A DNA stretch of 35,799 nucleotides from a virus: the IMG/VR virus record IMGVR_UViG_3300045988_086486; one strand, 5' to 3'. Position 1 is the stretch's first letter, and each line of letters begins with the position of its first letter. A program made the position numbers and the translations under genes. The notes beneath the pieces were generated by a model. The model searched no databases. It worked only from the letters and a program-made list of their open reading frames with translations, and had not been told where the DNA came from. Positions 30,990 to 35,799 of the stretch are shown piece after piece.

Positions 30990-31028
30990 ATCCCCTATAC
31001 ATTATATATAAGAAAGGACGGGTTCAAA

Positions 31029-31172
31029 ATGACGGCATTTGAATTTATGGTTGCCGCCTTTTATGCGCTTGTCGGCGTGGTTTGCCTTTCCGTGGCGGTT
31101 GTGATCGTGTATGCCGTTGTGGTAGGCATTTATAGAGGATTGAAAGGCGGTGGACACCGTGGCAGAAAATAA
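31029..31172 (+). CDS. Small single-pass membrane protein
   Basis: 47 aa with a hydrophobic core (FMVAAFYALVGVVCLSVAVVIVYAVVVGI) and a basic tail. Confidence 0.35.
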   Translation: MTAFEFMVAAFYALVGVVCLSVAVVIVYAVVVGIYRGLKGGGHRGRK

Positions 31173-31569
31173 AACCTTCAACGAAGAAGCCCTTGTTGAA
31201 ATGGCGCACACGATGGGTTTTGACCTTGCGCACGCGTGCGCGGCGGCGGCTGACGCATTCGCCCGCGGCGTGGCCGATGGCTTCGCCGCCTATGCGCAAG
31301 AGCTGGCCGCCGAAAACGGCGGCGTTGAGCTGGTACACGATGGAGAAGACGAAGAACCGGAGTTGAAAACGGATATTCAGGATTGCCGCCGTTGCTGGTG
31401 CGATACATGCGGCAAGTTGGAAGAGTGCAAAAAGCACCGCGACGGCACACAGCCGGACGGCTTGCGCCCGCTTCCGTGTATCGGGTGCGTGAACGGCCTT
31501 CGGTTCAAGCCGAAGGAAGAAGAGCCTTGCGAAGAGTACACGGAGGCCGCGGGCTTTAATAACGGATAG
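31150..31569 (+). CDS. Hypothetical protein with a Cys-rich C-terminus
   Basis: About 139 aa with a GTG start. It has an acidic middle, then CRRCWCDTCGK..C....CIGC. Confidence 0.45.
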   Translation: MDTVAENKTFNEEALVEMAHTMGFDLAHACAAAADAFARGVADGFAAYAQELAAENGGVELVHDGEDEEPELKTDIQDCRRCWCDTCGKLEECKKHRDGTQPDGLRPLPCIGCVNGLRFKPKEEEPCEEYTEAAGFNNG

Positions 31570-31577
31570 AAAAGAAG

Positions 31578-31608
31578 AAGGCGGCTTGCGTTGCCTGCAA
31601 GCCGCCTT
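31578..31608 (+). terminator. Hairpin after 31150..31569
   Basis: AAGGCGGCTTGC / GCAAGCCGCCTT forms a 12-bp stem with a 7-nt loop. The T-run is weak (TTTC). Confidence 0.45.
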
Positions 31609-32007
31609 TCCCCCTTCGCGTCGCCGCGAAAAGAGCTATTCAAACTAACGACAGTATAACACCGCGGCGGCAGAATGTCAAGAAACGCCGGAACACGGCG
31701 TATTACGGGCTTGTAATGGGTATTAACACATGGACGGAAAAGCAGAATTCCGGAAGTGCTGGTTTGTATTCAATTCCCCGTCGCCTGCTTTATCAGGATC
31801 ACGGAGGCGGCAAGCTGTCAAGGGTGCGACAGCACCGCGAAAGCGGCTTGCCCTTGATGGGTTGTTGCCGGAGTGATAGAAGCAGGAAAGGCGGCGGGGA
31901 TAAATGCAAACCTTCCGGCCTTGCGTGTTCAATTCCTTTGAGCCTGCTTCCCCCTTTAGGGGGACGGGAGGGGGTGAAACCTTTACCACGAGCAGGGAGG
32001 AAACAAC

Positions 32008-32922
32008 ATGCCGTACAACAGCGCAAAATATGAATTCCTCTTTGACCTTTCCGGAGAGAACACCGAAAGGGCGTTTGATCGGTTCCGGCACAGGAATGTT
32101 TTTCGTTATCGTACCCGCACGATCAAGGCGGGAAATGTGCTTGAAGTTGAGATATTCCCGATATGGAACACGCAAAACGAGGTTCGAGAGGCAAAGAAGC
32201 ACACAACACGGGAAGCACAAAAGAACCTGAATGACAAAAACGCAAAAAAGAAGTTCATTCGGAAGATCAATGCGAATTTCACGGAAGAAGACCTTTGCGT
32301 AACGCTGACATATTCAAACGGCTTTGTTCCGGACGAAGAGCAGGCGCGCCGCGATATTCGGAATTACCTTCGCAGGGTGCGGGAGTATCGCCGGAAGAAT
32401 GGCCTTCCAGAATTGAAATACGCCTATGTGATCGAGTTCGGCGGGAAAGATGGGCGGCGCAAGCGTGTTCACCACCATGTCATTATGTCCGGCATGGATC
32501 GGGACAAAGCCGAAGCCCTTTGGAATGGCCGCGGGTATGCAAACGCCCGCCGCCTGCAACCGGACGATTACGGATTAGAAGCCCTTGCGCGCTATATGAC
32601 GAAGGAGCCGAACGGCGGCAAACGGTGGGCGGCAAGCAAAAACCTTGTTGATCCGAAAATCACGGAGGCCGACACTAAAATAAGCCGCCGCAAGGTGGAG
32701 CAGATGGCCGAAGACTTCGAGGCGAAACCCGCCGCGATCTTCGCTGCGCTTTTCCCTGAATACAGCTTCAACGAATGCGCCGTGCGGTATTCGGATTTTG
32801 TGGCAGGCGCGTACATATACGCAAAATTACACCGGAAGGCCGCGCCGCCGCAGAAGCAGAAAAAGAAACGGAGGGTACGCAATGAACACAACGGAAATGA
32901 TGGTAATTTGCCGCGAAGTTGA
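32008..32922 (+). CDS. HUH-superfamily rolling-circle replication initiator (Rep)
   Basis: Motif 1-like CVTLTY, HUH motif RVHHHVIM, and Tyr motif ALARYMTKE. 304 aa with a basic C-terminus. Confidence 0.7.
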   Translation: MPYNSAKYEFLFDLSGENTERAFDRFRHRNVFRYRTRTIKAGNVLEVEIFPIWNTQNEVREAKKHTTREAQKNLNDKNAKKKFIRKINANFTEEDLCVTLTYSNGFVPDEEQARRDIRNYLRRVREYRRKNGLPELKYAYVIEFGGKDGRRKRVHHHVIMSGMDRDKAEALWNGRGYANARRLQPDDYGLEALARYMTKEPNGGKRWAASKNLVDPKITEADTKISRRKVEQMAEDFEAKPAAIFAALFPEYSFNECAVRYSDFVAGAYIYAKLHRKAAPPQKQKKKRRVRNEHNGNDGNLPRS

Positions 32923-33145
32923 CCGCGCAACGGGCAAAATAGCGGTTTACCGGATTGAAACCGAAGTAACCGAAAGTCTGATTTTCAAATTGAGGCTTCG
33001 CGCACGCCTGAACCCCGAATTGCAATACTTTGTCACGACAAAAGCGCATTATGAAGGCTTCGGGGATACGATCACGGCGGTTTTGAAGCGAAGAACCGTA
33101 ACGCCCGCGGCCATTGCACGCGTTGGCGGGATCGTCCAGCTTTGA
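32882..33145 (+). CDS. Hypothetical protein
   Basis: ATG at 32882 lies after ACGGAGGG and overlaps the end of rep. Confidence 0.45.
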   Translation: MNTTEMMVICREVDRATGKIAVYRIETEVTESLIFKLRLRARLNPELQYFVTTKAHYEGFGDTITAVLKRRTVTPAAIARVGGIVQL

Positions 33146-33158
33146 GGGGGTGCGCGCG

Positions 33159-33437
33159 GTGGTAGAAAATCCAGAGATTGGCGGGCAATATTGGTTTGTT
33201 ACGGACATTTGGGAACGCTTCTGCCCTGTCCCCGTGACAATCGTTGCCGTGAACGAAGAATACGGCGCATTCCTTGTCCGTTGGGATATTGGCGAAAGCG
33301 AATACTTCGAGCAATACGAAGGCGTGTGGCCGAACGAGCTATACGAAACACGGGCAGGCGCGGCGGCAGAATGTCGAAGAAGAAACGCCTTGCCGTGTGG
33401 ATATGCGGAAAAGGCGGTGAATTATCTTGAAGAATAA
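33159..33437 (+). CDS. Hypothetical protein
   Basis: GTG at 33159 lies 8 nt after GAGGGGG. The start is uncertain (33114-33159). Confidence 0.4.
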   Translation: MVENPEIGGQYWFVTDIWERFCPVPVTIVAVNEEYGAFLVRWDIGESEYFEQYEGVWPNELYETRAGAAAECRRRNALPCGYAEKAVNYLEE

Positions 33438-33825
33438 CGCCCCTTCCCTTCCGGTTCCAACGGAGAGCGTGGAACAACAATGCCTTTTCAGGTGGGCGGC
33501 ATTTCAAAGCGGGCGTTTCCCTGAATTGGCGTTGCTTTACCATGTGCCGAACGGCGGGAGCCGGAAGAAAGCAGAGGCCGGACGCTTCCGCGCCGAAGGC
33601 GTGAAGGCGGGTGTGCCGGATTTGTGCTTGCCCGTCGCCCGCGGCGGTTTTCACGGCCTTTACATAGAGCTAAAGCGGCAGAAAGGCAGTAAAACAAGCG
33701 ACGATCAAAAAGCGTGGTTGTCAAACCTTGAAAAACAAGGCTATTTTGTGGCCTTGTGCAAAGGGTGGGAGGCCGCCGCAAAGGTAATTACAGAGTATTT
33801 GACAATGGGAGGCGAAGAAGGTTGA
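33427..33825 (+). CDS. VRR-NUC domain nuclease
   Basis: ESVEQQCLFRWA....PNGG....AG.F.AEGVKAGVPDL.....G..GLYIELK matches the PD-(D/E)xK VRR-NUC pattern. Confidence 0.85.
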   Translation: MKNNAPSLPVPTESVEQQCLFRWAAFQSGRFPELALLYHVPNGGSRKKAEAGRFRAEGVKAGVPDLCLPVARGGFHGLYIELKRQKGSKTSDDQKAWLSNLEKQGYFVALCKGWEAAAKVITEYLTMGGEEG

Positions 33826-33851
33826 AAAAGAAGCGGTTTTTGAAGCTGGTT

Positions 33852-34277
33852 ATGTCTTACGGTATCCAGCGGGACAAAGCGGCGCGCATGGCCGCCCGCG
33901 TTGGCAAATTCGGATCGTATGAAGCCCTGTTTTTGTCTTTGCGCCCGTCGCTGGCATTCTGGCAGATGGGCGCGGCGGTGCGCAAGGCTGGCCGGACGAT
34001 CCGGCAGGCCGCCCGCGCTTTTGGCGATATGTTCGCCGCAATGGGGACAGCCCTTGCCGCCTGCTTTTCCCCTGCTTTGCGCGGGTATGTTGACGACGCG
34101 AAGGAGCGGGAACAGAAACAAGCGGATTTTTCGGCGGCGGGAAATGTGTTCTTGCCGTCAACGCATGAAATCATAGCGGGCGCACAGCCCGAAGAGGAAA
34201 ACACCGCGGCGCGTTGGTGGGTAAAGACACCGAACCCGAATTACAGCAAGCCGCAGGCAGAAGAAAGGCAGGGTTAA
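33852..34277 (+). CDS. Hypothetical protein
   Basis: ATG at 33852 (an alternative TTG at 33822 overlaps the upstream stop). I recognised no family. Confidence 0.4.
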   Translation: MSYGIQRDKAARMAARVGKFGSYEALFLSLRPSLAFWQMGAAVRKAGRTIRQAARAFGDMFAAMGTALAACFSPALRGYVDDAKEREQKQADFSAAGNVFLPSTHEIIAGAQPEEENTAARWWVKTPNPNYSKPQAEERQG

Positions 34278-34279
34278 AC

Positions 34280-34510
34280 ATGGCGAAAATGTCTATGCGG
34301 GTGATTTTGAAGAGCGGTGCGGAATTTACGGTGAAATGCGATAAATTCACGCTGGAAAGAAACGGGCTTGAGCAGGTGACGGGATACAATATCAGCGGGA
34401 TCACCGAAAACAAGCCCGTATATCTGGATTTTGACGAAGTGGCCGCAATCGTCCGCGTGTTGTCGGACGAAGCGGACGCGCCGCCCGAAGATGGCGGCAA
34501 CGAAGAGTAA
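34280..34510 (+). CDS. Hypothetical protein
   Basis: ATG at 34280. 76 aa. Confidence 0.45.
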   Translation: MAKMSMRVILKSGAEFTVKCDKFTLERNGLEQVTGYNISGITENKPVYLDFDEVAAIVRVLSDEADAPPEDGGNEE

Positions 34511-34531
34511 ACGGAAAGCGAGGGTTCAGAC

Positions 34532-35158
34532 ATGGGCAAGAAAAAAACGGGCTTGATTACCGACGAAGTGCGGGAGCTGATAAACGAGGTTGCGCGGGAA
34601 ACCGCTTCTATGGCCTATATTGACGGCATGGGCGGCGAAGTAAATTATTTCCGCGCAATGGAAAGTTTGCTTTTTAATTATAAAAAGCTGGCCGCGCTGG
34701 TGGCCGATTATGAAGCCTATACACATGTGGAGCTTCAAGGCCGAAGCGCGAGTATTTCAAGCTATTCCCCTTCGAGCGGGTACACATACCGCACGGAGGA
34801 AGATATACTTGAAGAAATGAAGCGGGATAAAATCATATCTTACCACAGGACGCGGGCACGCTTTGAAGAGATTGACCGCGTTGTAAAGCTGTTTGCAGAG
34901 CGAAAAGAATTCCATGTAATCCGCATGTATTACTTTGGGGAGGACGCACAGGGCAACGAGCGTCCGGCAGGCGCGGAGCCGTACACATGGGAAGCCATAG
35001 CCGCAGAGCTGGAAGGAATGGGACTGATCCGCGACGCAAAGAGCGCGCGCAGATGGCGAAACAAAATCGTGAATGACATGGCCGTGTGCATGTTCGGCAA
35101 GCCCGCGGCGGTTGGCGTGGGTACATACCGGAAGGAGCGGGACAAAGCAACGGATTAA
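34532..35158 (+). CDS. Putative late-gene transcription regulator with a sigma-70 region-4-like HTH (ArpU/RinA-like)
   Basis: The C-terminus HVIRMYYFG....YTWEAIAAELEGMGLIRDAKSARRWRNKIVNDMA has the sigma r4 pattern. The gene lies immediately upstream of the packaging operon. Confidence 0.5.
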   Translation: MGKKKTGLITDEVRELINEVARETASMAYIDGMGGEVNYFRAMESLLFNYKKLAALVADYEAYTHVELQGRSASISSYSPSSGYTYRTEEDILEEMKRDKIISYHRTRARFEEIDRVVKLFAERKEFHVIRMYYFGEDAQGNERPAGAEPYTWEAIAAELEGMGLIRDAKSARRWRNKIVNDMAVCMFGKPAAVGVGTYRKERDKATD

Positions 35159-35173
35159 AACAGGCCGAAAAAT

Positions 35174-35195
35174 GCCCGTTTCGCGCCCGTTTCGC
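35174..35195 (+). repeat. Tandem 11-mer GCCCGTTTCGC x2 abutting the -35 region
   Basis: The copies are at 35174-35184 and 35185-35195, followed by a partial GCCC. Confidence 0.7.
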
Positions 35196-35199
35196 GCCC

Positions 35200-35228
35200 T
35201 TGTGTGTACCGTCCATATATGCTATAAT
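35200..35228 (+). promoter_or_regulatory. Putative late promoter TTGTGT-17-TGcTATAAT (extended -10)
   Basis: Weak -35 at 35200-35205 and consensus -10 at 35223-35228, with TG at 35220-35221. Confidence 0.5.
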
Positions 35229-35268
35229 TATTACGCTGATTAAATGCAAATAAACAGCACACTTCACA

Positions 35269-35302
35269 AGCCTTCGCGGGTTCGCCCGTGAGGGCTTTTT
35301 TT
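35269..35302 (+). terminator. Strong intrinsic terminator (12-bp stem, UUCG loop, T7) between the promoter and the HNH/terminase genes
   Basis: AGCCTTCGCGGG TTCG CCCGTGAGGGCT, then TTTTTT. I checked the pairs individually: 10 Watson-Crick and 2 G-U. Confidence 0.7.
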
Positions 35303-35326
35303 ATTGTCCGAAAGGAGGCGGCAGGC

Positions 35327-35644
35327 GTGAAGGCATGGGCTGAACAGTTCTACAATTCGGACGCGTGGCGCGCGTGTCGTGAAGGCTTCTTGCAATCGAA
35401 GGGTTATCTTTGCGAACGATGTTCCACGCCCGACAATCCGGTTGTTGCGAAGATCGCACACCACAAAATCTATTTGACGAAGGAGAATATAAACAATCCG
35501 TACATTACGCTTTCATGGGATAACTTGGAGGCACTTTGTCAAGATTGCCACAACAAGGAACACCACAGAGGCGAACGGAAGAAGCGTTATTCTTTCGACG
35601 CAAACGGCAATCTTGTATATCCCCCCCATTCGCCGCCGAATTAG
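35327..35644 (+). CDS. HNH endonuclease (packaging-associated)
   Basis: GTG at 35327 lies after AAAGGAGG. It has C..C....HH......N....NL..LC..CHN..H, and it sits directly before terS across the circular junction. Confidence 0.85.
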   Translation: MKAWAEQFYNSDAWRACREGFLQSKGYLCERCSTPDNPVVAKIAHHKIYLTKENINNPYITLSWDNLEALCQDCHNKEHHRGERKKRYSFDANGNLVYPPHSPPN

Positions 35645-35700
35645 GGAGGGCGAAACACCGAGGGCGGGAGGTTAAAAAAACTCCGCAGGCGCGCGCATAA

Positions 35701-35799
35701 CGGGTGTACACGTGGGGGGTGTGGTTGACGGCACAGAAAGGGGGCGTTTTTTGTGGCGACAAAGAAGGAGCTTACGAAAGAACAGAAGATCAAAAAAGA
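35701..35799. repeat. Second copy of the 99-bp terminal repeat
   Basis: Identical to 1-99. Confidence 0.95.

Noticed and set aside
24576-31650. The repeated 18-24-nt motif could be a CRISPR-like array.
   Set aside because: The copies are kilobases apart, irregularly spaced, and coincide with gene starts (SD plus spacer). It is not a repeat-spacer array.
31766-31949. GTTCAATTCC strings resemble tRNA T-loops.
   Set aside because: No acceptor, D or anticodon stems can be drawn around either copy. I treat them as an imperfect direct repeat instead. I recognised no tRNA or rRNA anywhere in the window.
31716-32230. ORFs of 75-165 aa occur on both strands in the rep-upstream region.
   Set aside because: They are rich in Arg, Cys, Gly and Pro, lack RBSs, and overlap each other. 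I judge the region non-coding and structured.
34135-34277. The C-terminus of 33852..34277 (VFLPSTHEI...ARWWVKTPNPNYS) resembles the FLASTTEV...WYWWLRTPYSGNSY part of target 1. This could be a third or vestigial DGR target.
   Set aside because: The similarity is short, and the motif spacing differs (about 13 versus about 50 residues). The ORF stops before any VR-equivalent, and there is no nucleotide homology to the TR beyond CCGAATT. It is worth a profile check but is not supportable here.

Overview
The window is a complete, circularly closed phage genome. Bases 1-99 are identical to 35701-35799, so the unique length is 35,700 bp. It looks like a temperate, siphovirus-type, HK97-fold phage of a fairly GC-rich, Firmicute-like host; the host guess is inference only. 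All convincing genes except one are on the + strand.

Gene order:
- Packaging, head and tail (53-14083): terS, terL, portal, prohead protease, major capsid, head-tail joining genes, major tail, G/GT chaperone with an A_AAA_AAC -1 frameshift site, tape measure, Dit, Tal-like protein, fibre-like protein.
- Diversity-generating retroelement (DGR): avd 14309-14713, template repeat (TR) 14768-14868, reverse transcriptase 15040-16002, target 1 16128-17861 with VR1 16801-16901.
- Lysis module (18402-20876).
- One minus-strand moron: a membrane-anchored HIRAN-like protein (20948-21598).
- Two XRE regulators with palindromic operator/promoter sites.
- An IS30-family DDE transposase plus an HTH-only paralog. 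I saw no tyrosine or serine integrase anywhere.
- Early module (24165-34510): PAPS-reductase-like protein, SleB-like hydrolase, Dam-type methyltransferase, MazG-like protein, HExxH protein, HUH Rep, VRR-NUC nuclease.
- A sigma-region-4-like late regulator, a promoter-plus-terminator leader, and an HNH endonuclease next to the cos/terminase junction.

Most notable: the single TR serves two variable repeats. VR1 lies next to the RT in a multi-domain tail-module protein. VR2 (30492-30569) lies 13.7 kb away in an early-module gene. By hand alignment, every TR/VR mismatch falls on a TR adenine.

Other items worth follow-up:
- an identical 23-nt block just 3' of both VRs;
- a ribosome-binding cassette repeated before several early genes;
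- a ~440-bp structured non-coding region upstream of rep;
- the IS30-type enzyme as a possible integrase;
- two promoter-proximal terminator or attenuator arrangements.

All family names come from motif recognition by eye. No database search was run.
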